Notes: generated by a model not told the origin, from the sequence alone. A DNA stretch of 61,586 nucleotides, filler included, from Dimargaris cristalligena (GCA_003614675.1; 2 parts of 2 records of this genome joined end to end with filler, not necessarily neighbours in it), one strand, 5' to 3'. Counted from the first letter of the whole stretch, positions 36,789-50,150 are shown. Translations and numbers: made by a program.

Positions 36789-38281
36789 AATATCAATAAC
36801 ACATAAAGCAGCAAGTGGCATCAGAATCAGTCATTACTGTGGTAAAAGGCTTAACCATGATTAAATAAATCAGTGTTCAGTTTTAAAAAGATCGAAATAA
36901 AGAGGGCCCAGTCAATTATTATTATTTTTCCCCTTGGTGGGGGCTACAGGCAAACTATTGTATAGCACCCTACTGGTGGAACAAGTGGCGTCCCTGGGGT
37001 TGTATGGGGTAGGATTCTCCCCCATATAAGCTTCGGAGCCCAATGCTCTGGTAAAAGGGACCCTCCACCTAAGCAGTGGTAGTAGGACAGGCCAACCATA
37101 TGCCATCCAGAAGATGGCTAGATAATGGCTTTCGTCTGAATTTTCCTTTCATTTGCACAAGCATGGTGGGTTGGATTTCCAAGGTCGAACACCCTTCTAT
37201 AAAGGGATGGGTATACTGTTACAATGACCACCTCAATATATAATTTATATTATCATCACTCTATCTTGGGGCAGATTGGGTTGCTACCGCCCCCTGTATT
37301 ACGTTTGCTTTTTGTATTAGCTAGCTGGTGAAAATGGCAGGTCTGGGCCAATAGGGGGGGCAGTATTACCAGTATTACCAGGTGGAGGAAATTAGATAAG
37401 TACTGATATAATTATATTTAACCATAGAGAACTCAGGACGTCATGCAATTCTTTAATGTTCTTTACCCCAAAGTCCATTTGTAGGGCAGATTGGGCCAGT
37501 AATCATTCGCTACCTGCTCGACAGTGCCTTCTCACCTGGGAGGTCAAGTGATGGCCCCATTTCAAGGGGAGTGGTCTTCACCCTGCGGTTACCTGAAAAT
37601 CAATTATTGTTTGGCTGACCTATACCTCATTGTTTCGTGGCTGGCATTCCCGGTGTTTATTTCTATAGGTACGGTTACACCGAGGCGCGCGCTTTCACTC
37701 CGCTTCTCCCCTACCACGTAATATAATTGACCCGTAGTTATATCTGCGTTGCTGTCTTAAGCCTGCACACACGCTAAGCCATGTACAATAGTTCTGGGGC
37801 TACAGAACCCCATCATGATATTAATGTTCCAATTGTCAATTAAAGCCATCATTTCAAGCCCTTCCACGCCATTTTATTAATATATATATTCTACATAAAG
37901 TTTGAAGTGCTGTACCACCAATGCTATGAGAATATAAACCAACTTTGGTGTAGCTATAGTCGCATGAATGAATCGTTTCCCCGCCACCATGCCAGTTGGA
38001 AAAAAAAGGCGATAAACCCATTATTGGCGATTTTCATTATTAAGCAAGTGATTTGTGTAAACGAATAAATATCCAAAACGGCAGACAGGTTAACAGACTA
38101 CCACATGATCGCCGAATATAAAAGCCTGCCATGTCGCAGCTCTACAGGTGCATTATTAAATTTTAATTCAGTGACGTTGTCTACTTCTCACCCACCCACC
38201 CATTACTTCACCAGCACTGTATTTTCAATCACAGAGTTATTGCCCCTCGGTCCACCCACCACTTACCTGCCATCATTTACC

Positions 38282-39004
38282 ATGTTCGTAAACTCTTTAG
38301 GTCTGCTGATTTTGGTTAGCATCGCCTTAGTATCAGGTCAGCCTGTACCGATAGATGGCCTATACCCCGATGGAGATACCTACCAAGCTGATTCGAACGA
38401 CCTCGGATATTGTGCCCAATTATCCACCGACGCATCCGATATCCTCGCAACCACAAATGGCTATTTGCATTTCTGCGGGTGGGAAAGCCAGGCCCTTACC
38501 ACCCAGGATATTAACGGCTATTTCGCGTTGTCGGTGGGTCTGGGTTTGCTGGAGGAAGTACACACCATGAACTCGGAGAGAATTATTTCCTTGCCTCCCT
38601 TTACCGGTCCAGGCACCTACCCCCACCCCGACACGGGTTCGCCCCTAACCCCCGAATTTGCTTGTGAAACGCGCCAAATCTTCCTTCGCCAAATTTATGC
38701 CATGGAGAATTTCGAAAGTGGCTTATTCAAGCAAGATATCGAACCCATGTTAGAGAAGTACCATGACTTGGGTGCCCACCCCTTCGTGGCCCTGCCAACC
38801 GTATCCCCCACAATCCCCCGCTTCCTGGTCGTGATTCACCAAGACCCGACCTCCAGTCGGGTGGATATTAATTTTGTGTTCGATTATTTGAAGGATAACT
38901 GCCAAGACTTTCCGGGACATGTAGGTAGGGCCACAGCCTTCAACCAGCCCCAGTTTATTTTAGCGGACTCGATCGCCGGTATTACTCTCAACAGCTTAGT
39001 GTAG
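38282..39004 (+). CDS. Secreted protein of unknown function, paralog A (240 aa)
   Basis: Signal peptide MFVNSLGLLILVSIALVSG. TATAAAAG at 38117-38124 implies the ATG at 38282 rather than 38105. Intronless and aligns with 40870-41586. Confidence 0.8.
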   Translation: MFVNSLGLLILVSIALVSGQPVPIDGLYPDGDTYQADSNDLGYCAQLSTDASDILATTNGYLHFCGWESQALTTQDINGYFALSVGLGLLEEVHTMNSERIISLPPFTGPGTYPHPDTGSPLTPEFACETRQIFLRQIYAMENFESGLFKQDIEPMLEKYHDLGAHPFVALPTVSPTIPRFLVVIHQDPTSSRVDINFVFDYLKDNCQDFPGHVGRATAFNQPQFILADSIAGITLNSLV

Positions 39005-40869
39005 TGCTATAGTGACAGCAATAGATTTCCATACAGTTTTCCCTGTGGCCCTGATGTATTGACTAAAAGAAGTATCCAAATAAACAGTTCATCATTGGTT
39101 TTCCTTGGGCTACACTGCCTTAAATCGTGATATTGGGGATGGTGAGTCAGTTACCGATACCAACATAAAATACCGATGTATTCAGTTGCGTAGGTTTTCT
39201 TGTTAAGGAAGGCATTGTATAGTAACACTATATTGATACCCTGGAACATCTCGATTGATTGTCTGTTACTAAAACACACCGATATTAGCCAGTTGGCATT
39301 AGTGGCGACTCATAATACTGCCTATTACATAAATCCTAACAGTTCAGAGCAGGACTAGCGTAGCAATAAATTTATAGTCCCGCTATTATTATAAACTGGC
39401 TTCTTTTCTATACGCCTTATATAGACTGTTAAAACAAGGTCTTCCAAAATTGGGGATTTTTAGCTGGTTAACTATTGAACCTCTCATATTCTACATATAG
39501 TGCCATACAGGTTGCCGGGGCTGGCCACTAATGAATGGTTGAATAGTTAGCGTACGTTTTGCAGGGTGTGGCCGAACCAAGAGGCGAAATCGACGGAGCG
39601 AGGAAGGGGGGACTTCGCATAATGTTCAATAAGCCGCTGCTGCGGCTACCTACTCCCTCTCCCGCACTGGCCAATAGATGGAAAGAGTGAATGGCCTATG
39701 TGGGGGGTGAGGGGTGGTACACCCCCTAATTCTGTGAAGCCCTTCCTTCCCCTTTAACCAATCTATTGGACTTTAATAAAGACCAATGGGGGAGGTGGAG
39801 ATGGTGGGTGGTATATTTACCACCACATCGACTAAAATAGGGGATAAGCTCGGACGAGCGATACTACGAATAAATTGGTCGAGGAGATGGATGTTACTGG
39901 TTAACAATTAATCTCCCCCCCCCCTGGCACCCCCATTTGACACCGTATTTTAAACCCTCCACCTATATAGTCTTGCTGAACTTCACCCATAAATTTCTAG
40001 CGAAATACAGTCTAGCATGGTATTATGCTCACAGTGGAAAGTATAAGCTAGGTTACATTTGGCGTTCACGAGTGTGAGGTTTCCGGTATTTTCCACTGGT
40101 TTACAACCGAAATTTCCACCGGTGTATGCCTTTAATATTGTACGACCTTGCCTCCAGGTATTACTTTTTTGGCCGACCGCTGGCCAACCCCCCCCCCCGC
40201 CCAACATAAACAAACCAACGAAGATGTACATAGAACTCTCTAGCGATATCCAAGAATACCGGAATATCCCATGAGCGCATTACTAGGGCTAACCAAAGGA
40301 CGACACCCCGACTCACCGAGGTAGTCAATGTCGGTGCCCCAGGCCCATGCTCACTGGATGCCTGCTTCACCCCCTGTGCTGCCATAGAGGGTTTCCATTA
40401 TTAGCGAGTACTAGGAATGGCTTCATATTTTCTCCTCATTGGATTCTCGGGGGGAACCGGGGTTTTTTCCATCCGAAACTTTTGGGCCTTGAACCGGCCC
40501 AACTCTCGTCCCGTTTGCAGGAAGGATAATATGGTCCCGAAAATTATGACTGCTGATGCTAGAATAGTAAATCGGGGAACCGCCCATATATAAAGGAGTC
40601 GATCCGACTTACAGTATCCCTATATCCAGCCCTCCGATCAACCATTATACCTCACATCCCTTTCTATTTTATTTAAGCTGACCAGGACTATAATCTTAAG
40701 CCTCCTCCCCTCCCCGCGAACTTGTTATTTTTTGTTATATTAGCGTAGCCATCATTTGGACCATTCTGTAGAATATTCTATACCTATATCTATACTACCA
40801 CTTCCCCCTTTTTTCCGACTACCGTTGGTCACTTGGGTTATTATTTTTTAAAAAAAAACGGACGTCACC

Positions 40870-41586
40870 ATGTATATGAACAGTCTAGGCGCGCTTGCGT
40901 TGATTTGGGTCACATTGGCCACGGCCCTGCCTACTGGTTTAAATGACCAACAATCTAGCCCAACTGACTACGATTTAGGCGTTTCTGGTTTCACTAGCAA
41001 TGCCGGGGAGGATACATTGGATATGCAACAGATGCTCGATTCGTGTCGCCTGGAGAGTTTATCCGTCTCCACTACCGATATTCGCGCTTATTGCCAGGAG
41101 CTCATGGGCTGGATCCCCGAATCCATCATGGAGCAGGGAAATCTAATGACCAACATACCTCCCTCCTTCACCGTTCCAGGCACTACTACCACCACCATCC
41201 CCTCGGACCCTGGTGCCGCCGGCCTAACTCCGGAACAGGCCTGCCGAACGCGCCAGGTATTTTATTGGAAGGTTCACGGTATGTCCCAAGGGGGAGACCC
41301 TCTGCCGAAACAAGACCTCCAGCCCATCATGGATAACTATTCGAAAAATGGACCTCATTACTCCTCCTCCCCACCCATCATCACACCAACCGCCGCCCCT
41401 CGCTACTTGGTGGTGGTATATACCGATGCGATATCGCAACGGGTTGCTAATAGTGTCATTTTCGACTACTCTATCGAAGATTGTAAAGAATATGAAGCGC
41501 GTATTCGGGCGACTGACACTCTGACCAACCCCCAGTTTTATTATGTGGATAACTATGAGGGCAGAGAGCCCCAGACTATTAACTAG
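40870..41586 (+). CDS. Secreted protein of unknown function, paralog B (238 aa)
   Basis: Signal peptide MYMNSLGALALIWVTLATA and TATATAAA at 40587-40594. Shares LTPExACxTRQxF, KQDxxP, PRxLVV, FDYxxxxC and PQF with paralog A. Confidence 0.82.
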   Translation: MYMNSLGALALIWVTLATALPTGLNDQQSSPTDYDLGVSGFTSNAGEDTLDMQQMLDSCRLESLSVSTTDIRAYCQELMGWIPESIMEQGNLMTNIPPSFTVPGTTTTTIPSDPGAAGLTPEQACRTRQVFYWKVHGMSQGGDPLPKQDLQPIMDNYSKNGPHYSSSPPIITPTAAPRYLVVVYTDAISQRVANSVIFDYSIEDCKEYEARIRATDTLTNPQFYYVDNYEGREPQTIN

Positions 41587-41883
41587 CCTACTCCATTACA
41601 CGTTTACGACTGTGTTTATCTATTTCCGAGACCCCCTACCTAGGGCCTTGAGCGGGGCTATAAAATAGGTTAGACGTACAGTTGGCACTGTGACATTTCC
41701 TACTCAGTATGTCTATATATATATTATTATTATTTAAGCTTTTTTACCATAAAATAAACTGATTTTAACAATAAAAATACCTTTGGACCACCTTACAGTC
41801 CGTTTAACGACCCGAGTGTGACCTATATTTTTATATATAAAAAAAAACTGGGTGAGGGTGTGGTATCCACTTCCACGGGAAAC

Positions 41884-42027
41884 ATATGGGAGAAGTTCAT
41901 CCAAGCTGTATAACGAAAAATCCATTTGATGAGGCAGGTACTACTGGTTGAAAATAAACATCCCACCAATTTTCCCATACACATATCGGTTAAAACCTTA
42001 TACAACCAAGCTGAACTTCACCCATAT
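41884..42027 (+). mobile_element. 144-bp TIR element, copy 5
   Basis: Full copy with 34 substitutions and no indels versus copy 1 (hand count). Confidence 0.85.
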
Positions 42028-42318
42028 GCTGTAATGTAGATACAATGACCGTGGTAATTCGGGGGGCGAATGGGCTGACTAGGCCATTATGCTGCTCATG
42101 TGTCTGTTTAGCACCTTCGGCTGATCTATAATTGGAGAGCAGCTGCAGCTTGGCTCTAAAGCGCTTGAGGAGCCCTTAAAACTGAAAAGAAAATATATAA
42201 GTCCGAATGGATTCTTGATGCCACCCCCATCATAATCATCTGGTTTTTGCTACCATTTAATATATTGCTCATTTACCCGTTATACCCTCAATTATTGGCT
42301 GCTGCCCTAGTATTGAAA

Positions 42319-43106
42319 ATGCGTACGTCGTACTTTGCACTATTTTCGTATGATATCCCAACTATCTCCAGGATTGGCACTAAATACGCCGTGCCTCGAA
42401 TTTTTAACTTCTGGCCTATTATTATAGCCGAAGGAACACCCTTACTAACTACAGTACATTATTTTTGCTTCTGCGGTCAACTTCGCCTTGCCTACTAGAT
42501 TCTGGTGTTAGCCCGAGCTATAAAATCTACCGCCGCACCTTCTTTAGCACCAATAAATGCGTGAAGACCCGCAGTGGAGTCAAACAGTACGTCTACGGCA
42601 AATCCTGGATTCGACGCCAGAAGGCTCTCAAGCACTATCGTTCCGGCCAGGTTCTCTGGCGGGAGGTTCGGCCCTGGTTTTCCAGCACGGTCTACTTTGA
42701 AAGTCCCGTTTTTAGCCATACCCCAACTGGTGGCAATGGGGGTAGGGGTAGTAATAGTGGTAGTAGGAATAGCCTGGGAGTCCGCGTGAAACTGAATAAT
42801 ACCTCGGTATTCCGAACCTCGCGGTTCAAGTTCAGGTACGCGGGCGAGCAGTACACCTGGAAACCGCGACGCCTCCACATTGGCTACGATTATAAATGCG
42901 TACAACGTACCGGTGACCGGGATATGGTTGTAGCCGAGTTTGACTATCGTATATTGACCCTGACGATGGGCAAATTATACGTATATCCCCATGAACGCTG
43001 GCCACCGGGGCTCACGGAGTTGCTCATCATGACTATCATTCATATCGTCGAGGCTATGAAGCACCATTTCGATGACCGAAACCGAAACCGATTCCTGGAA
43101 GAGTAG
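42319..43106 (+). CDS. LURP-one/tubby-C-like (DUF6593-like) protein, paralog 1 (exons 42319-42322, 42499-43106)
   Basis: ATG-C micro-exon, GTACGT donor, TACTAAC branch at 42443-42449 and CTAG acceptor in phase 1. Motifs FKFRYAGEQYTWK, VVAEFDY and GKLYVYP, then a hydrophobic terminal helix. The fold call is by eye. Confidence 0.7.
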
Positions 43107-46100
43107 AAACTAATATACTCTAATCCAAAACCACCCGACTCTTGGCCGCATTAGTAAGGGTTGTTATGTAGCATAGTTTGTATTTCATATAATATCATTG
43201 TTTATTGCCCTATTAGCGTTTCGAGTTTGTGACCGTGCCAAGTGACGGTCGGAATGACTGATCACATGGAACTAAAGGGACAGTGTCTGATCAAGTGGGA
43301 AGATAATTCGAAATTTATTAGGTTCCCTTGGATTTTAATTGATGTCACTTGACTTTCCCTCTAATTTTATATTTCAAGAAATTAGTTTACGTTTTAGTAT
43401 TAAATAAATATATACCTTAACTCACCCATGGTCTGTGGTCGGTCAACCCCTCCCCAAGAAATAGCTGAAATATATTTAGGGCGTAAATAAACTTTAATCA
43501 GTCACTAGGCGTGAGACCCTTATTTTATCGCATTCACATGGATCAATATAGTGTACTATTTACTTGCAATATAACCAAACTAAGTGCCACTGAATATGAC
43601 CAATAAATTATTCTCAGCCCCCGAGGATGGTGATTTGGTTCAACCCGTTCGAACTACGCCAATCTAATTATAAATATATGGGTATACCATCCTCCTGTGA
43701 CAGTGTTTCGCCTTGTGTCTATTTCGATTCCACAGTAGTGGATAAAAGTGTAAGACCGCCACTCCCTTCAAACGTCCATACACCCATGGCCCCTTACCAA
43801 TATATCTAGTTTTGGGTTTGGATTTTACACTGGGCCATGGAGTATGGCGCGGCTTTAGGGTGAATCGGGTACAAGTGGGTAGACTGCCAGTTTGGCAGCT
43901 GCGGAGTGTATAAGGAAAAAACTCGGCTCCACTTTGGGGAGCGAGGATAGTCTCACTTGGGGAACAGGACAATCCACTGAAGGGGGGTTGGTTCTGCGGT
44001 CGGGAGTGTATGGTGTGATCCACACTTCCTTACCTAAAGCAGACCACGGGAGGTCCCCAACCAGCCAATATTCCCCAAACAAAACCTGACTTACACTCTG
44101 CTGTAATCTGATGTAATGTAAAAATAAATGTTGGGAGGGGAAGCGGTGCCAGAACCAGCCAACCAAGCGGTCATTGGGATTTTGGGTTTCGGTCCCAATC
44201 GACCGGAGATACTCACACTCGCAAAAACAGTAATGCCTTGTTTCCATCTACCCGTAGCCATGGTCGTGGAGAGACCTCAATTGAACCTTATGAAGGTATA
44301 GGATTTGGTATCCAGTGGATCGAACTATGTGCCCTATGGAGTGTGGGCCGGCCTCTATCCGGAGTCTAGTTTCAAGTGCCAAAGCGCTAAAACAATGTTC
44401 CAATAGGATTACTGAGTGACCCTACTGCACTTTGACACGGTTTCCACCATAGGAAAATACGAACACGACCTTAAGTGGTCAAAATGACTAATCAACTGGT
44501 GATAATTATTATTGAACATCAACAGTGCTATAGTTGGGCCACCATGCCCTTTTCGGATTCACCCCTCTCCCCTTTAAACATCACGAAAATTAGGTAGGGA
44601 TATCTGACGGATGGCCTCACGAACCAACGAGCGTCTCTATAGCAGCTATTTATGGCTATAGCTTACTAGAATAAGTTAAGGTTTTTTTTGTGGCGACTAT
44701 CACATCCTATGATCACTCTATAATCTCTATAATCCCTATGATCACCGCTACAGACTCCCATGACAGTTCAACCTATTTAGTTGAATTTCCCAGCCGGCAT
44801 TAAAAGGTCACTAATTGAGCCGCAGAAGATTGACTCGGATAGATTATAATGTTGGCCTATGAAATAATGAGGCCAAATATCTATTTTTTAAAAAATGCAA
44901 AAATGAAATGGAATGAGAGGGCGTTGGCGCTGGCTCTACGTTTGCCGACGCCCCTGCTTTCGAGGTACGAAGGGGGACCATTGGTCATTTACATGGACAT
45001 TCCATATTGAGTAACGGCGATTCGCCTTCCCTTCCCCAACCACCATGGAAAATTAAACCATGTTTAACTGAAGGCCGGGCGAACAATAAGGGGGGAGTTC
45101 TGTGGCATGTTGTTCCGATTCGCCGAATCAGGCCTATTGTAACTGCGCCTCGTTGACCTGACTGGCACTACTAAAGCGTGTGGCTACATTCTTCCCAGAC
45201 GCTGGTGCGATGGCTAGGTCTAAAATTTAGGCTGAGCCCCGGTTGGTAGTACTAATAAAGTTAGAAGGCAGGGGGAGAAAGGGAGAGAGAAAGAGCAGGG
45301 TATGGGGATATTAATAATAGAATTGAATGCCTCCGCTGGTATACAAGAGACATTGAGTCTTCCTCATAACTAAGCGGCGGATACCCCGCATTCCCCCGAC
45401 GATAGTAGATTGCATCCGCCGATTATGACGGTCCTTAACTAGAAGGCGGTGACGCTAATCCTGCAGTCGACTGAAACTTCGCGACTGGAGCTGTCAGCCG
45501 AATGAAGCCATTGTTTCGGTCATTAAAAAACCATACAGTATATCCACTATGTATACACTTTATACAACAGGAGACTCTACTGCCAGTGTTCTCCGCAATT
45601 TGGCTACCACAGTATACCCCCTCTCCCTCACAAATAATAATAAAAATCTCTCTAGCTTAGACAATAAAAAGTATCACCCTCTCTATTCGCGGATTAAGCC
45701 ATGGACTGTGGTCGGATTTTCCGGCGATGGTGATGATCGAAGCTCTAATTGACCTATAAGCCTGGTGTGGGGGTGGTGCCGATTCAAAAACTATTCGCTC
45801 TACAGCTCGGATTGACCAAGTGTCAGTGTGGCAGTCCAGCGAAACTCCACCGGGATTTTTTTGTGGATGTTTGGTCGTCACTCCTTGATTATAAAATAAT
45901 TTTCAATTTAAAGATACTGATGGTGTCCAAAGAGATGATGTAAAACCCCCGAGAGAAAAGAGGCATGGATCCCTGCCTCCGTTAAACAACGAGAAGAGGT
46001 GAAGCGTTGAAGAGGGGAATGATGGCTTGATCTAGGAATAAGGCGCAGGGTATAGGGTAGGGGGGGTTGACTGCACCAAACCTGAAGACTGGGGAGGGGG

Positions 46101-47508
46101 AGGTGGTGCCATTCGAAAAATTCTTGGTGTATCACTTGGGCATGGGACTGGGAAGTGGAACCATGTATTCGCGAACCATGAAGGAATCCGCAATTCAAAG
46201 TCCGCCTCCCTCCCGCAGTCAGTCGGGTAGATGGCTATTTCCTGGCATATTGGCGCTTAGCTTCGACAACCTACTCTTCAAAGACACGGAGACAAAGTCA
46301 CGATGTCTCGTCGCCAGGTCTACAAAGTATATAAATGGCTAGAAGAACTAAAATAAACCGGTGATCGTACATGAAGGGTAATCAAATGTCCAAACGGTCT
46401 ATTGCCACCACTTTGGGTGTGTGACCTATGTAGAGGGGACATCTTTGCACCAACAAGCTGCGCGCACCCCTTTCCTCCCCATCTCACCACCATTACCTAG
46501 TTTTCTCTCTATGTTTACTATTTAGGCTACATATATAGGCACGCCTAGATAAGTTTTACAATAGGGATTTCCTTATGACCCAGCTGAAACCCAGTCTGCT
46601 TTGGTCGGATTTGCCGGTTGGTGCATTTGAGCCAAACAGCGAAAGGGGAGATGATTTTCAACGGTAGTCTCTATACGAAAGAGGGGCGTCTAGTGCGTTT
46701 CGACGGATTGGATTACCACACAGCTCCCTTTCCTTTACCAATCAAGGCCGCGTCGGTGGTTGAAACTATAATCTCGCTCCCTCTCACACAGGCCCCACCC
46801 CCTTTCCCCTTCACGCTCGTCCTTCTCGCTAGAGCTCCCTAAATAGGAATGGTGTATTCTTATACACGGTCAATACGAAGGAGTGTGTGTATCTGCGCGA
46901 AAAATAGAAGGAAAAAAGAAGAGGAGGCCTAAAAGGCAGTGACGAAAGGCGTTACCTGAATTCCCTCTAAAAAGGCCCTTTTATATAGACCAATTAATAA
47001 TGAGACGGGCCATAGCCACTGTTGGCTCGTATATAAGAAGTCTGTGCCACGGCCTTCCCTGCAGGGTACTACTACTTTTACTTCACTCATTAACAACCCC
47101 TCTCCCCTTTTTCTTGGCATCTTTTTGTACCTGCGCCCCCCTTTCCTTTAACAATTTACCTCTATATAATTATTACCAGCGGCCTCTTTCGTCATCCCCA
47201 ACTAAGCGCCATTAACCAAACCGCTCCCGTCTTTCATTGTCTGGGTATTGTTGTGGCTTCCTTTTCGCTTGGGTGTTCATTGCCGCAATTCTCCCTCTCT
47301 CCCTCTCTCTATTCGTCGACCTTCCCCTTTTATCCTTCCCCCTCTCCATTGCTATATAAAACTCGGAGCAGGCCCGTGTGGTTTTTAAAATTACTCGCGC
47401 CAACCTTATAACCTATATTATTTCACTGCCCGGATTCCGTCGAATTTGAGTCCCTTGCTTCAATTTTAACTCCCCCCTTATACTCACTCTGTCCACACAA
47501 CCTACATC

Positions 47509-48372
47509 ATGACCGGTAAGTATATACCAGTCCCGTCAGACAAAATCACTATTTTCATATTGAATACCCCCCCTCATTCACACTCTAGACGTCTTTCGTA
47601 TATTCGAGGTCAACGACTACACTCCATCCGCACGTCTACTATCATCCCCCCTCCTTTAGTCAACTAATTGTATTGCTTATACAATTATATATTTTTATAT
47701 TGTTTTTGTTCATTCTCGCCACCCACAATAGACTGTATTGAATACAAAATCGCCAAGAAGTCGCTGAACAGCAACACTAAGCTGGTGACCAACTCGGCTA
47801 AACTAGTGGAATACACCGTCAAGTCCAACCACCTGGGGTCCGAAAAGGCCATCGTGGACACTCTTGCCAACGAAGTCGTGTGGGAGCGCGTAAGCAACCA
47901 ACTCGACGAGCGCAAGCGCAGCTACCTCTGCAGCAGCTCCTTTACCCGCATTGAACTCAAGCAACGCCAACATGCGCAACAAAAGGGGCGCTACCGTTTT
48001 TACTGGTGCGGCGAGGAATACATGTGGAAACACTACGGCTACACGAGCCACCATTTCAAGTGCGTCCACACCAACAGCGGTGAAGTTGTGGCCGATTTTC
48101 GTTACCTCACTTGGGCCGTTTTGGAAATGGGTCGCTTGAAGCTGTTCCCCAAGGATTATCTGCGTACCGCCGGGCTCAAGGAATTCATTATTTTCTCGTG
48201 CATTGACTTGCTGGAGGACTCGCTGTTGGCTAAGAAGGGTTCGTCGCCGCTGTTGTTGGCCGCTTCGGCCGACGCTAAAATATTGGGCGCGGCCGGCTAC
48301 CACCACCGCCATGCCGCCAGCGTCTCGTCCGACTTGGAAACGACGCCCTTCCTGGCGTCCATGAAGGCCTAA
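47509..48372 (+). CDS. LURP-one/tubby-C-like (DUF6593-like) protein, paralog 2 (exons 47509-47515, 47732-48372)
   Basis: ATG-ACC-G micro-exon, GTAAGT donor, CTAAT branch and ATAG acceptor in phase 1. Motifs YRFYWCGEEYMWK, VVADFRY, GRLKLFP and GLKEFIIFSCIDLLE. TATATAAA at 47353-47360. Confidence 0.75.
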
Positions 48373-50150
48373 TAGTAGTAGTAGAGGCTGGTGCAGTATA
48401 ATCGGAATGAGACAATGCTATATACTAAGCCTACTGCTATTATTATTTTACTCGTACCCGCAACGGGAAACGACGAGGAGGCCCCGGAACTGCCCCGATG
48501 AGGGTGGTGGCCTCTTTCTAGATGTATCATGGAACGTTCTTTGTTGCCAAAGCCCAGTATCTCTCTCCCTTTTCTCTGCTTTTTCATATCACGAATCGAC
48601 TTTCCTCTACCGTTGTTGTTACCGATTATATAGCCCCGACCTCTGTATTCTAAACCCACGCATATTATTTATATATACCCCATCTGTCTCTACTACCATT
48701 TCATCGTCATACTGGTATTACTATTACTATTACTATTATTATTATCTCTCTCTGACCCCTCTCTACTAGTCAGTTGTTTCTTTTGCTCTGCATCCGTTTA
48801 TTTTTAACCCTAGATAACCCCCCCCATATATATTAGTTATGATATTTGCACACACCCGCCCCCTGATGACTCCCCCCCCTATTAGCATATTATTTTACTC
48901 TGTACCCTCATGTACACATACAACCAATAAATATAACACAACCTCCCCCATTCTCCGTATATTATCATTGGATAGTGATAAGCCCGTATTTAATAAATAG
49001 ATTAAATCGGAGCAGTGTAATGTTTGCAGTGCTATAATAAGTAAGTCCTTAGCAAGTAGTAGTAGTGCCTCGAGCAAAGGCCCTGAAGGCGTAGAAGTGG
49101 CCAACAGAGTGGTAGTGGTGATTGGCCCACTAATCAGGATAGTATTATGTCATGACGCCCAATATATTTGGCCAAGTTTGGCAAGGAGGATTTGAAGGGT
49201 GATGACGATGCACACCCTCCTCCTCTTCGTTTTACAGTCATTGGTTTTCGATTGCGCCTTGGCCAAGCCTAGTGGCAATACATAATATAGGTGATACGAA
49301 ATGGCAGAGGAGGAACAGCAGCGGGTGCCTCTTATAAAAGGGCCAGCAGATACATTGCAGTTGTTGCCAATCTTTTCAGCCCATACGAAGGGGGGGGAGG
49401 CCATCGTAATAACACCGCCCGCCCAACCAAAGGATGAATGGCAAAGTAGAGGGCGGAGGCTTTCAGCCATTTCAATGGTAGGCAGGGAGGGGAAGGAGAA
49501 GAAGAGCCCCGCCACTTCTGCGCATCTGTCGCATCAGTCAGGCAGTGCACGCGCTACGCTAATGTGTATGTAAATACCGCTGAAGCAGAGAATAAAAGCA
49601 TTAATGCCGTTCGGTATAATTTTGCGCGCCTCCCCCCTCCCGCGTCATTCTCGGCGTATTTGCGGTATATACACTGAGGGCTAGAATGGGTGCCGAATAA
49701 AGAGATTTATACTAAAAGAAGGGAGAGTTTAACCTGTACCTCTCGTTAATGATTTAATAGATCGTTCTCCCGTTCCCTTTTGTTTTAGGCTGATAACCCT
49801 CTAGTAAAACAACCCGCTTTGACTGTGGACCCCATCACCAACATCCCTACATAAATCACACCTACGCTTTATATAATATAATCGGCCCATCCCTAGTAGT
49901 AGTAAATAGTATAGCAGGTGAGACTCTCTCTCTCTTCGCCCTCTTTCTTTTCTCCTCTCTTATTTTCTATCTATGCCAGACCTGCTTCCTATTCTTTCGA
50001 TCGTCTCCCCGTTTATTCAGCCAGCCTGAACTCCATTCTCCTTGCCACGGTGTGCTTCTCTCCCCTGGTGTGTATTTGTGAGTCTCAGTGAAAGACACCC
50101 CACCCCCGCCAACTTATTCCTACAGCTCCTTCCCACTAACAACGACAACG

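Noticed and set aside
44696..44765. Degenerate CTAT(A/G)ATC tandem units
   Set aside because: A short, irregular slippage-type repeat with no further structure.
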